This document shows, one piece after another, positions 28,281 to 38,405 of a DNA stretch of 64,000 nt. The notes beneath the pieces are model-generated. The model was not told the origin of the DNA, did no database searches, and saw only the letters and a list, made by a program, of their open reading frames with translations. This DNA comes from Acidimicrobiia bacterium (GTDB lineage: Bacteria; Actinomycetota; Acidimicrobiia; Spongiisociales; ZC4RG35), in NCBI GenBank assembly GCA_965215185.1, contig OZ244034.1, positions 1,152,001 to 1,216,000 of the forward strand. Direction: 5' to 3'. The position numbers were made by a program, and so were the translations under genes. Each line of letters starts with the position of its first letter. Position 1 is the stretch's first letter.

Positions 28281-31121
28281 CTACCCAGTGCGGTCGAGAT
28301 AGGCGGCCAGCATCTGCTCCAAATAGCGACCGGTATGACTCGCCCGGTTGGCGGCCACTTCCTCGGGAGAGCCGGTGGCCACTATCCGCCCTCCCGCGTT
28401 ACCACCTTCCGGACCCAGGTCGATCAGGTGATCGGCAGACTTAATGACATCCAGATTGTGTTCGATCACCACCACCGTGTTACCGCCATCCACCAGACGG
28501 TGAAGCACCCCCAACAGGCACCGTACATCCTCAAAGTGCAGCCCGGTGGTGGGCTCATCAAGGATATAGATGGTGCGTCCGGTGGAGCGCTTACGCAACT
28601 CCGAAGCCAACTTGACCCGCTGCGCCTCCCCTCCCGAGAGAGTGGTGGCGGCCTGGCCGAGGCGGATGTACCCCAATCCCACATCGCTGAGGGTCTCCAG
28701 GGTGCGGGCGATGGTGGGAAGGTGGGCAAAGTGCTCCAACGCCCGGGAAACGGACATCTCCAGAACATCGGCGATGCTCTGGCCCTTCCACAGGACCTGT
28801 AGGGTCTCCCGGTTGTATCTGCGCCCCCCGCACTGCTCGCAAGGGACATAGACATCGGGCAAAAAGTGCATCTCGATCTTGATGGTTCCATCCCCCCGGC
28901 ACTCCTCGCAGCGCCCTCCCGCGACATTGAATGAGAACCTCCCCGGTTTGTATCCCCTGACCTGAGATTCGGGAATCTTGGAGAACAACACGCGGATGTG
29001 GTCGAAGACCTTGGTATAGGTGGCCGGGTTGGAGCGGGGAGTTCGACCAATCGGCGATTGGTCGATGTTGATGACCTTGTCCACATGCTCGATGCCCTCA
29101 ATCTCCCGGTGGCGGCCGGGCAGCACCCGGGAACGGTAGATGGAACGAAGAAGCGCCTTGTAAAGGATCTCCTCCACCAGCGTGGACTTCCCACTGCCCG
29201 AGACGCCGGTCACACAAATCAGCTTGCCCAGGGGGAAATCCACATCCAGGTTGACGAGGTTGTGTGCCGCGGCCCCCAGTATCCGGATGTGTTTGCCGTT
29301 GCCCTTCCTACGGGCGCCGGGAACCGGAATAGCCCGCCGGCCCGACAGATAGTCGCCGGTGATGGAGGATCGTTCCCGGCAGATCGTCTCCACCGTTCCC
29401 TCCGCCACGATCCTTCCTCCGTGCTCGCCCGCTCCCGGGCCAATGTCCACCACATGGTCGGCCGCGCGAATGGTCTCCTCGTCATGCTCCACTACCAGCA
29501 GGGTGTTGCCCAGGTCGCGCAACCGGGTGAGGGTCTCGATCAGCCGTGCGTTATCACGCTGGTGCAGGCCAATGGACGGCTCGTCCAGGATATACAGCAC
29601 TCCTACCAGACCAGAGCCGATCTGAGTGGCGAGCCTGATCCGCTGGGCTTCTCCCCCCGCCAAGGTAACCGCCGACCTTCCCAGAGTGAGATAACCGAGC
29701 CCCACATCCAGGAGGAAGGAGATACGGGCGCGGATCTCCTTGAGCACCCGTTCGGCGATGGTGGTCTCTCGGTCGGTCAACCGCAAATCGTCCACGAAGT
29801 CGAGCACCTCGCCCAGGGAGAGATTCGACAGATGCTGGATGGTGGCGCCCCCCACCGTAACTGCCCGGGGCACCTCCCCCAGCCGGGCTCCGCCACATTC
29901 ATCACAGGGGACTTGCCACATGTATTGGCGGTAGGAATCCCGGGCGGAGTCCGAACCGGTTTCCCGATGCCGCCGCTCCAACTGGGGAATCGCCCCCTCA
30001 TACTTGGTGGTCCACACCCGGCGCCTCCCCCGGCGGTTGCGGTAGCTCACCCGAAGCTCCCGTTTAGAGTTGCCATAGAGGATCTCCTCTCGCACCGATT
30101 CAGGCAACTGTCGCCAAGGATCGTGCAAACTGAACCCCATGTTCTGGGAAAGGGCGTCCAGAAGTCGGCTGTAGTAGCCGCTGAACTGATAGGCCCACGG
30201 GGCGATGGCCCCTTCCGCCACACTCAGCCGATCGTTTGGCACCACCAGATCCTCCGCCACCTGATAGCGGGCCCCGATCCCCGCGCAAGTCGAACAGGCT
30301 CCGTAAGGGCTGTTGAAAGAGAAATTCCGAGGGGCAAGTTCGGAGAAAGAAAAGCCGCAGCGATCGCAGGCCAGATGCTGACTGAATGTGAGAGTGGGTC
30401 CGTCAATGACATCCACCATCGCCTTGCCTTCAGCCAGCGCCAAGGCGGTCTCCATCGACTGGGTGAGACGCTCTTGCATCCCCTCCCGTCTCACCAGCCG
30501 GTCCACCACCACCTCGATGGTGTGCTGATAATAACGATCCAATTTGATTTCCTCGTCGAAAGAGCGAATCTCCCCGTCCACCCGCGCCCGACTGTATCCC
30601 TGACGGATGAGATCCTTGAAAAGCGCCTGGTATTCGCCCTTTCGGCCCTCCACCACCGGGGCCAGCACCATGAACCGGATGCCTTCTTCCAACTCCAAAA
30701 TGCGGTCCACGATCTGTTGGGGGGTCTGGCGCTTCACCACCTCGCCGTCGTTGGGGCAGTGGGGAATCCCGATCCGGGCGAACAGAAGCCGCAAGTAGTC
30801 GTGGATCTCGGTCACGGTGCCCACTGTGGAACGAGGATTGCGGCTGGAGGTCTTCTGATCTATGGAAATCGCCGGAGAGAGTCCTTCGATGAAGTCCACG
30901 TCCGGTTTGTCCATCTGTCCCAGGAACTGACGCGCATAGGCCGACAGAGACTCCACATAGCGACGCTGCCCCTCGGCGTAGACGGTGTCAAAAGCCAGGC
31001 TGGACTTGCCCGATCCCGACAACCCGGTAAATACGATGAACGCATCTCGGGGAAGCTCGACCGTGACGTCTTTGAGGTTGTTCTCCCTGGCGCCGCTGAT
31101 GAGGATGGATTCGGCAGTCAT
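28281..31121 (-). CDS. uvrA: Excinuclease ABC subunit A
   Basis: Two ABC ATPase modules ([26 protein letters not shown]) and zinc fingers. Confidence 0.98.
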   Translation of the reverse strand: MTAESILISGARENNLKDVTVELPRDAFIVFTGLSGSGKSSLAFDTVYAEGQRRYVESLSAYARQFLGQMDKPDVDFIEGLSPAISIDQKTSSRNPRSTVGTVTEIHDYLRLLFARIGIPHCPNDGEVVKRQTPQQIVDRILELEEGIRFMVLAPVVEGRKGEYQALFKDLIRQGYSRARVDGEIRSFDEEIKLDRYYQHTIEVVVDRLVRREGMQERLTQSMETALALAEGKAMVDVIDGPTLTFSQHLACDRCGFSFSELAPRNFSFNSPYGACSTCAGIGARYQVAEDLVVPNDRLSVAEGAIAPWAYQFSGYYSRLLDALSQNMGFSLHDPWRQLPESVREEILYGNSKRELRVSYRNRRGRRRVWTTKYEGAIPQLERRHRETGSDSARDSYRQYMWQVPCDECGGARLGEVPRAVTVGGATIQHLSNLSLGEVLDFVDDLRLTDRETTIAERVLKEIRARISFLLDVGLGYLTLGRSAVTLAGGEAQRIRLATQIGSGLVGVLYILDEPSIGLHQRDNARLIETLTRLRDLGNTLLVVEHDEETIRAADHVVDIGPGAGEHGGRIVAEGTVETICRERSSITGDYLSGRRAIPVPGARRKGNGKHIRILGAAAHNLVNLDVDFPLGKLICVTGVSGSGKSTLVEEILYKALLRSIYRSRVLPGRHREIEGIEHVDKVINIDQSPIGRTPRSNPATYTKVFDHIRVLFSKIPESQVRGYKPGRFSFNVAGGRCEECRGDGTIKIEMHFLPDVYVPCEQCGGRRYNRETLQVLWKGQSIADVLEMSVSRALEHFAHLPTIARTLETLSDVGLGYIRLGQAATTLSGGEAQRVKLASELRKRSTGRTIYILDEPTTGLHFEDVRCLLGVLHRLVDGGNTVVVIEHNLDVIKSADHLIDLGPEGGNAGGRIVATGSPEEVAANRASHTGRYLEQMLAAYLDRTG

Positions 31122-31133
31122 CGGCTTAGGCCT

Positions 31134-32858
31134 TCAAAACGGCAGGCGGTCCAAACGCGCCTGGGTAGGGGTGACGGTTCCGTCCGTCCAAACCTTGACT
31201 CCATACGCTTTTTCCGCCTGCTCCAGGGACACATATTCGTCCAGAACGTCCTCTCGCACCAACTCTACGGGGCGGTCCAGAGGATCACCCCACCCTCCTC
31301 CACCCCCTGAGAGGTTACGGAACCGATCGCCGGGATGCATGCTGAATCTCTCCATCCGCGCCCGGTGAACCCGGTCCGTCTCGGGCCACACGATCATGGC
31401 ATTGGTCTCCGGCTCATGTCCACCCCGCAACCCCCACGGCTTGGTCTTGGTCTTCTTCTTCATCGACAGCACCTCGCCAGTGGCGAGGAACCTAACCTGC
31501 CTACAGACTCCCAGACCCCCCCGCCACCTGCCGGCCCCACCCGAGTCCTGACGCAGTTCCAACCGTTCATGAAAGATGGGCGAGCGGTGCTCCAATACCT
31601 CCATCGAGGTGTTCCTGACCGCAGTGGTGGAAAGATGCTGCAGGGCATTGGCCCCGTCGTAGTTGGGAGTGGCACCCCAGCCAATCCCCTCGTTGTTGCT
31701 AACCAAGAACATCTCGTCGGTGTCGGGATGCGTCCCCACCGCCATGAATCCCGGCAGGTCGGAACCGGAAGATGCCGCAATCTGATCCATACCCTGGGCC
31801 AGCGCCTTGTTTATCAACTCAAAGCCCGCCATACCCGTCCAAAGAGTGTAGGTAGCGGATGGGTAGACGGCATGGAAAAGATTCCCGGGGGGACAGATCA
31901 CCCGAAGCGGTTGGTAATGGCCATGGTTGGCAGGAGCGTCGGGGGTGGTGAGAGACTTGAAGACATTCTTAGCCAGGCTCACCGTACTCCCAAACGGCAT
32001 GTTCACCGGCCCGGGAACCGCTCCGTCGGAGTCACCATAGTCCACCGTGAACCTCTCCCCTTCAATTGTGACCGTCACCGCCATCCTGATCAAGTCATGG
32101 GAGACCCCGTCATCATCCAACCAGTCATAGGCCGACCACTTCCCATCGGGCATGGCTCGCACCGCCTCCCGGGCCGTCTCAGCCCCGTGCTCGATGATCA
32201 GATCGACCGCCTCATCAACAGCGCTCAAGCCGAACTTCTCCCAAATCTGATGAAGCCGCCGCTCCCCCACCCGTAGACAGGCGACCTGGGCATTGAAGTC
32301 GCCGGTGATATTCACCGGCAACCTGGAGTTGTATCGCAGGATGGCCATCATCTGCGGGTCGACCTCTCCCCGCCGGACCAGCTTAACCGCCGGGAGGATC
32401 AGCCCCTCCTGATGTACGGAAGTGGAATCCAACACATAACCGGGATCCTTGGCGCCCAAATCCATCCAATGGGCCCGCACCGCCAGATAAGCATCGGGCG
32501 CCTCACTGCCCTCGCAGAACACCGGAGCGAACATCATGGCGTCGGCAGCGTGGGCGCCGCTCCAATAGGGATAGTTGAGGATTACCACGTCACCGGGATG
32601 AAGGTTTTCAACACCCACTCTCTCCACACCCTTGACAATTGCGTAGTCGTTGGCGCCCAGGAAGGAAAGGAGCCCCGACGACTCGGCGATCAGCCGATGG
32701 TTCCGGTCGTACATGGAGATACCAAAATCCAGCACCTCATAGATGACCGGGTTGAAAGCGGTCCTCACCAGGGTTCGGCGCATCTGCTCAGCCGTGGAGT
32801 TGAGATAGTGACGGATCACCTCCACGGTGGCGCCATCCAGAGTGGGACCGGCATTCAT
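31134..32858 (-). CDS. Hydantoinase B/oxoprolinase family protein (tandem copy 3)
   Basis: LVRTAFNPVIYEVLDF, AHWMDLG, DSGGAGRWRGG, GGGGWGDP. Confidence 0.92.
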   Translation of the reverse strand: MNAGPTLDGATVEVIRHYLNSTAEQMRRTLVRTAFNPVIYEVLDFGISMYDRNHRLIAESSGLLSFLGANDYAIVKGVERVGVENLHPGDVVILNYPYWSGAHAADAMMFAPVFCEGSEAPDAYLAVRAHWMDLGAKDPGYVLDSTSVHQEGLILPAVKLVRRGEVDPQMMAILRYNSRLPVNITGDFNAQVACLRVGERRLHQIWEKFGLSAVDEAVDLIIEHGAETAREAVRAMPDGKWSAYDWLDDDGVSHDLIRMAVTVTIEGERFTVDYGDSDGAVPGPVNMPFGSTVSLAKNVFKSLTTPDAPANHGHYQPLRVICPPGNLFHAVYPSATYTLWTGMAGFELINKALAQGMDQIAASSGSDLPGFMAVGTHPDTDEMFLVSNNEGIGWGATPNYDGANALQHLSTTAVRNTSMEVLEHRSPIFHERLELRQDSGGAGRWRGGLGVCRQVRFLATGEVLSMKKKTKTKPWGLRGGHEPETNAMIVWPETDRVHRARMERFSMHPGDRFRNLSGGGGGWGDPLDRPVELVREDVLDEYVSLEQAEKAYGVKVWTDGTVTPTQARLDRLPF

Positions 32859-32875
32859 CTCATTCGCCGCCGGAT

Positions 32876-34600
32876 TCAGGACAGCGGGCGATCCAGACGC
32901 GCCCCGGTAGCGGTGGCGGTCCCATCCTCCTCCAACTTGACCCCATACACTCTTTCCGCCTGTTCCACCGACACATATTCGTCCAGAACGTCCTCTCGCA
33001 CCAACTCGATGGGACGATCCAGAGGATCACCCCATCCTCCCCCACCCGCTGAAAGGTTACGGAACCCCTCTCCCGGCTGCATGGTGAATCTTTCCATCCG
33101 CGCCCGGTGAGCGCGTTCGGTGTCCGGCCACACGATCATGGCATTGGTCTCCGGCTCATGCCCACCCCGCAACGCCCACGGCTTGGTCTTGGTCTTCTTC
33201 TTCATCGACAGCATCTCGCCGGTGGCAAGGAACTTCACCTCCCGGCAGATTCCCAGGCCACCCCTCCATCTGCCCGCCCCGCCCGAATCCTGACGCAACT
33301 CCAATCGCTGGTGAAAGATCGGAGACTTGTGCTCCAAGACCTCCATCGATGTGTTTCGGACCGCGCTGGTGGAGGGATGCTGCAGGGCGTTGGCACCGTC
33401 GTGATTCGGTGTGGCTCCCCATCCGATTCCCTCGTTGTTGCTGACCGCGTACATGTCTTCGGTGTCGGGATGGGTCCCCACGGCCATGAATCCCGGCTCG
33501 TCGGAGCCGGAAGAGGCATGGATCTGAGCCATCCCTTGCGCCAGGGCCTTATTGATCAACTCGAAGGCCGCCATACCGGTCCAGAGGGTGAAGGTGGCCG
33601 CTGGGTATACGGCGTGAAACAGGTTGCCCGGCGGGCAGGATACCGTCAGCGGTGCATAGTGGCCGTGGTTGGCAGGAGTATCGGGGGTGGTGAGGGACTT
33701 GAACACCGTCTTCGCCAGGCTCAAGGTCTTCCCGAAGGGCATGTTTACCGGCCCGGGCACCGCCCCGTCGGAGTCGCGGTAGTCAACCGTGAACTTGTCT
33801 CCTTCGATGGTGACCGTAACCGCCATTCTTATCAGGTCGTGGGAGATCCCGTCATCATCCAGCCAGTCGAAGGCCGACCATTGACCGTCGGGCATGGCCC
33901 GCACAGCTTCGGAGGCGGTCTGCGCGCCGTGCTCGACAATGCGATCGATGGCGGTGTCCACTTTGGCCAGCCCGAACTTTTCCCAAATCTGGTGAAGACG
34001 GCGCTCCCCCACCCGAATGGCGGAAATCTGAGCGTTGAAATCCCCGATGATGGTGTCGGGCATCCGGGAGTTGTATCGGAGGATGTCCATGATCTGGGGA
34101 TCGACCTCTCCCCGGTTGATCAGTTTTATTCCCGCAAAGATCAGACCCTCCTGATGCATGGAGGTGGAATCCAGCACATAGCCGGGGTCCTTGGCGCCCA
34201 AATCCATCCAATGCGCCCTCACCGCCAGATAGGCGTCGGGGAGTTCGCTGCCCCTACAGAACACCGGCGTAAACAACATGGCGTCGGAGACATGAGCACC
34301 GCTCCAATAGGGATAGTTGATCATCACCACATCGCCTGGATGAAGGTTCTCTACTCCCACCTTCTCAACGCCCTTGTGGATGGCATAATCGTTGGCGCCC
34401 AAGAAAGAAAGTATGCCCGACGACTCTGATATCAGCCGACGGTTGCGGTCGTACATGGAGATACCGAAGTCCAGCACCTCATAGATGACCGGGTTGAAAG
34501 CAGTTCTCACCAGGGTGCGGCGCATCTGTTCAGCCGTCGAGTTGAGATAGTGACGGATCACCTCCACGGTGGCGCCATCCAGGGTAGGACCGGTACTCAT
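32876..34600 (-). CDS. Hydantoinase B/oxoprolinase family protein (tandem copy 2)
   Basis: Same motifs as copy 3. Start at ATG 34600 by alignment with the paralogs. Confidence 0.92.
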   Translation of the reverse strand: MSTGPTLDGATVEVIRHYLNSTAEQMRRTLVRTAFNPVIYEVLDFGISMYDRNRRLISESSGILSFLGANDYAIHKGVEKVGVENLHPGDVVMINYPYWSGAHVSDAMLFTPVFCRGSELPDAYLAVRAHWMDLGAKDPGYVLDSTSMHQEGLIFAGIKLINRGEVDPQIMDILRYNSRMPDTIIGDFNAQISAIRVGERRLHQIWEKFGLAKVDTAIDRIVEHGAQTASEAVRAMPDGQWSAFDWLDDDGISHDLIRMAVTVTIEGDKFTVDYRDSDGAVPGPVNMPFGKTLSLAKTVFKSLTTPDTPANHGHYAPLTVSCPPGNLFHAVYPAATFTLWTGMAAFELINKALAQGMAQIHASSGSDEPGFMAVGTHPDTEDMYAVSNNEGIGWGATPNHDGANALQHPSTSAVRNTSMEVLEHKSPIFHQRLELRQDSGGAGRWRGGLGICREVKFLATGEMLSMKKKTKTKPWALRGGHEPETNAMIVWPDTERAHRARMERFTMQPGEGFRNLSAGGGGWGDPLDRPIELVREDVLDEYVSVEQAERVYGVKLEEDGTATATGARLDRPLS

Positions 34601-34617
34601 CTCATCGCCTCGGGGGA

Positions 34618-36345
34618 TCAGGGGGACAAGCGATCCAATCGCGCCTCGGTAGGCATGGCGGTTCCGTCCGCCTTCACCTTGACGCCATACACTCTTTCCG
34701 CCTGTTCCACTGACACATATTCGTCCAGAACGTCTTCCCACACCAACTCGATGGGACGATCCAAAGGATCACCCCACCCTCCCCCACCCGCTGAGAAGTT
34801 GCGGAACCCCTCTCCACGCTGCATGGTGAATCTCTCCATCCGCGCCCGATGGGCCCGGTCGGTGTCCGGCCACACGATCATGGTATTGGTGGTCTCCGGC
34901 TCGTGCCCACCCCGAAGCGCCCATGGCTTGGTCTTGGTCTTCTTCTTCATAGAAAGCAGTTCGCCTGTGGCAAGCCACTTCACCTCACGGCACACACCCA
35001 ACCCTCCCCGCCACCTGCCGGCCCCGCCCGAATCCTGCCGCAACTCCAGCCGCTCATGAAAGATGGGCGACTTGTGTTCCAAGACTTCCAGGGAGGTGTT
35101 TCTGACCGAGGTGGTGGAAAGATGCTGCAGAGCGTTAGAGCCATCGTGAGTCGGGGTGCCCCCCCAGCCGATCCCCTCGTTGTTGCTGACCGAGTACATC
35201 TCCCCAGTGTCGGGATGGGTTCCCACCGACATGAATCCCGGTTCGTCGGAACCGGAAGATGCGGCAATATGGTCCATCCCCTGGGCCAGTGCTTTGTTGA
35301 TCAACTCGAAGGACACCATTGCCGTCCAGAGAGTGTAGGTGGCGGCCGGATACACGGCATGGAACAGATTCCCGGGCGGACAGATCACCGTTAAAGGTTC
35401 ATAGTGGCCATGGTTGGCAGGAGTGTTGGGAGTGCTGAGGGACTTGAAAACGTTCTTGGCCTGACTCAACGTACTCCCGAACGGCATGTTCACCGGCCCG
35501 GGCACCCCGTCATCGGAGTCCCCATAGTCCACCGTGAACTTCTCCCCATCGATAGTGACCGTAACCGCCATCCTGATCAAATCATGGGAGACCCCGTCAT
35601 CATCCAACCAGTCGAAGGCCGACCATTGTCCATCGGGCATGGCCTGCACCGCCTCCCGGGCGGTCTGCGCGCCATGCTCGACTATCAGATCGATCGCCGT
35701 GTCCACATTGGCCAGCCCGAACTTCTCCCAAATCTGGTGAAGACGTCGCTCCCCGACCCGCATGGCGGAGATCTGAGCGTTGAAGTCCCCCATGATGGTC
35801 TCGGGCATCCGGGAGTTGTATTGCAGGATGGCCATGATCTGAGGATCGACCTCTCCCCGATTGATCAACTTCACGCCCGGCAGGATCAAACCCTCCTGAT
35901 GTATGGAGGTGGAGTCCAGCACATAACCGGGGTCCTTGGCGCCTAAATCCATCCAATGCGCCCGCACCGCCACATAGGCATCGGGGAGATCGCTCCCCTC
36001 ACAGAACACCGCGGTGAACATCATGGCATCGGCGGCGTGGGCGCCGCTCCAATAGGGATAATTGATTATCACCACATCGCCTGGGTGGAGGTTCTCAATG
36101 CCCACCTTTTCAATGCCCTTGTGAATGGCGAAGTCGTTGGCGCCCAGGAAAGAGAGTATTCCCGACGACTCCGATATCAGCCGACGGTGCCGGTCATAAA
36201 TGGAGATACCGAAATCCAGCACCTCATAGATAACCGGGTTAAAAGCGGTTCTCACCAGGGTGCGGCGCATCTGTTCAGCCGTCGAGTTGAGATAGTGACG
36301 GATCACCTCCACGGTGGCACCGTCCAGGGTGGGACCGGTACTCAC
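34618..36345 (-). CDS. Hydantoinase B/oxoprolinase family protein (tandem copy 1)
   Basis: Same motifs. GTG start overlaps the stop codon of the A subunit gene. Confidence 0.92.
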   Translation of the reverse strand: MSTGPTLDGATVEVIRHYLNSTAEQMRRTLVRTAFNPVIYEVLDFGISIYDRHRRLISESSGILSFLGANDFAIHKGIEKVGIENLHPGDVVIINYPYWSGAHAADAMMFTAVFCEGSDLPDAYVAVRAHWMDLGAKDPGYVLDSTSIHQEGLILPGVKLINRGEVDPQIMAILQYNSRMPETIMGDFNAQISAMRVGERRLHQIWEKFGLANVDTAIDLIVEHGAQTAREAVQAMPDGQWSAFDWLDDDGVSHDLIRMAVTVTIDGEKFTVDYGDSDDGVPGPVNMPFGSTLSQAKNVFKSLSTPNTPANHGHYEPLTVICPPGNLFHAVYPAATYTLWTAMVSFELINKALAQGMDHIAASSGSDEPGFMSVGTHPDTGEMYSVSNNEGIGWGGTPTHDGSNALQHLSTTSVRNTSLEVLEHKSPIFHERLELRQDSGGAGRWRGGLGVCREVKWLATGELLSMKKKTKTKPWALRGGHEPETTNTMIVWPDTDRAHRARMERFTMQRGEGFRNFSAGGGGWGDPLDRPIELVWEDVLDEYVSVEQAERVYGVKVKADGTAMPTEARLDRLSP

Positions 36346-38387
36346 CTCACCACCAGGTTCCCCAAGTGGTCGGGAACCGCCGTTTGGTCGCTATGGATAA
36401 TCGTCACGGAAGTGGGTTCACGAATAATGGCCGGACCCTCAATCTCCACTTCCGGTTGAAGGAGACGGCGCTCGTAGATGGAAAACAGGCGGCGCTCCCG
36501 GGTAGCGAAGTCGAAGGCAAAACGCTCCCCGACGCGACTGACCACCCCGTCACCCCGGGAGGCATTGCCGGTGTCAAGGTGGCCGGAGGGCTTCTCCAAG
36601 AGTCCGATTGCCCTGACCCGGGCGGTCAGGATCTGGATTTCCTCTTTCAGTTTGTGGCCGTAGCGCTCCAAGTGTTTGTCATGAAATTTGGCGGCTACGG
36701 ATTGGGTGTCGTGTGTCTCTTCCAAGTCGACCGACAACGTGTGCTCCTGACCGTTGTAACGCAGATCCAATCTCCTGAGCAACATCCTCATCTCGGGCGG
36801 CACCGACTGCGTGGCAAGCACTCGATCTGCCTCGGCCTCCAGTTGAACGAATAAACTATCCATCTGGGCCAGAGCAGCGTCATCCAGCATGGTCAGCACC
36901 GTCTGCCCCAAGTCGTACTCCAAGTCGGACATCAGCATCCCCCAAGCGGAGAACACCGCCGGAGCGGCGGGAACCACCACTTCGGGCAGTTCCATCTCCC
37001 TGGCCAGAAGGGGCGCCAGCATCGGCCCGGCGCCTCCGAATGCCACCAGCGCAAACTCTCTGGGATCCAGACCTCTCTCCACGGTGATTTCGCGGATGGC
37101 GCCGACGGTGCGGGCTAGCAGCACGTCGAAGACCGAGGCAGCGGCTCGCCCGGTGGACATGCCCAGCGGTTCGGCCAGTTTCTCGGTGACGCCACGCACC
37201 GCCGCGTCCAGGTCGAGACTCATCTCTCCTCCCAGGAACTCGTCTGCCGCCAAGTACCCCAGACACAAGGAAGCGTCGGTGACAGTCGGCTCGGTGTTGC
37301 CCCGGCCGTAGCAGATCGGTCCGGGATCGGCGCCGGCGCTGTGGGGGCCTACTCGAAGGAGCCCCTTGTCCATCCAGGCGATAGATCCACCTCCCGCGCC
37401 GATAGTGCGGATGTCGAACACCGGGATACGGATCGGAAGACTCTCGATCTCTGCTTCATAGACCTCGGTGGGCACCCCATCCACGATCACGCAGGCATCC
37501 AGACTAGTTCCTCCCACATCAAAGGAGATGAGAGCGGAGCGTCCGGTGGCCTCTCCCAAGCTGATCGTCCCGGCGATGCCACCGGCCGGACCGGAAAAAA
37601 CGGTGAGCAGGGGTGACACCCGGGCTATCTCCGAAGTCATCGCCCCGCCCGCCGAACGCATTATCAAGAAGGAGCCGTCGAAGCCCCCCTCACGCAACCG
37701 GTCTTCCAAATCGGTGAGATATCGACCCAAAATAGGCCGGATATAGGCATCGGCGACCGCGGTGGAAGTCCGCTCATATTCGTGATATTCCCTTACCAGA
37801 TCGACCGAGACGGACACCGAAAGGTTGGGAAACGCCTTGGTCAGGATGCTCTTGGCAGTCTCTTCGTGTTCGGTGTTGGCATAGGAATGGAGGAAGCAAA
37901 CCGCCACCGACTCCACTCCCCGCTCGGACAGAAGACGCCCCGCCTCGATCACCGCTTCCTGGTCGAGTTCCTCCACCACCTTGCCACGGTGATCGACACG
38001 CCCGGGCACCCCCACCGTGTGACGGCGGCGCACCAACAGTTGCGGGCGACGGTACTGGAAGTCGTACATTGAACCACTGGGCAGATCTCCCCGGGCTATC
38101 TCGAAGATGTCCCGAAAACCGGCATTGGTGATGATGCCGGTCACCGCCCCCTTGCGTTCCAGGATGGCGTTGACCCCCAAGGTGGTGCCGTGGGTGTAAA
38201 CCGAGGCCTGTTCGAGGGAGGCGTTGGTTGCCCGGGTAGCGGTGATCACTCCGTCGGCTGGAGCGGCGGGGGTGGTGGGAGCCTTTCGCACCGTGATCTT
38301 CCCGCTCTGCTCGTCATAGGCGATGGCGTCGACGAAAGTTCCACCGATGTCCACCGCCAAGCGGTATTTGCGTTTAGTCATGCTCAT
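36342..38387 (-). CDS. Hydantoinase A/oxoprolinase family protein (ATP-binding subunit)
   Basis: VDIGGTFVD, HGTT, EYERTST, SGPAGG, DVGGTS, SAGADPGPICYG, FGGAGP. Confidence 0.93.
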   Translation of the reverse strand: MSMTKRKYRLAVDIGGTFVDAIAYDEQSGKITVRKAPTTPAAPADGVITATRATNASLEQASVYTHGTTLGVNAILERKGAVTGIITNAGFRDIFEIARGDLPSGSMYDFQYRRPQLLVRRRHTVGVPGRVDHRGKVVEELDQEAVIEAGRLLSERGVESVAVCFLHSYANTEHEETAKSILTKAFPNLSVSVSVDLVREYHEYERTSTAVADAYIRPILGRYLTDLEDRLREGGFDGSFLIMRSAGGAMTSEIARVSPLLTVFSGPAGGIAGTISLGEATGRSALISFDVGGTSLDACVIVDGVPTEVYEAEIESLPIRIPVFDIRTIGAGGGSIAWMDKGLLRVGPHSAGADPGPICYGRGNTEPTVTDASLCLGYLAADEFLGGEMSLDLDAAVRGVTEKLAEPLGMSTGRAAASVFDVLLARTVGAIREITVERGLDPREFALVAFGGAGPMLAPLLAREMELPEVVVPAAPAVFSAWGMLMSDLEYDLGQTVLTMLDDAALAQMDSLFVQLEAEADRVLATQSVPPEMRMLLRRLDLRYNGQEHTLSVDLEETHDTQSVAAKFHDKHLERYGHKLKEEIQILTARVRAIGLLEKPSGHLDTGNASRGDGVVSRVGERFAFDFATRERRLFSIYERRLLQPEVEIEGPAIIREPTSVTIIHSDQTAVPDHLGNLVVR

Positions 38388-38405
38388 TTCTGGGGGGCGT
38401 AGCGG

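Noticed and set aside
28998-31310. 770-aa + strand ORF
   Set aside because: Antisense shadow of uvrA and the hydantoinase B end, as expected from GC-rich codon bias. No recognisable motifs.
33107-34429. 440-aa + strand ORF and similar ORFs opposite the other B copies
   Set aside because: Antisense shadows that recur only because the underlying genes are duplicated.
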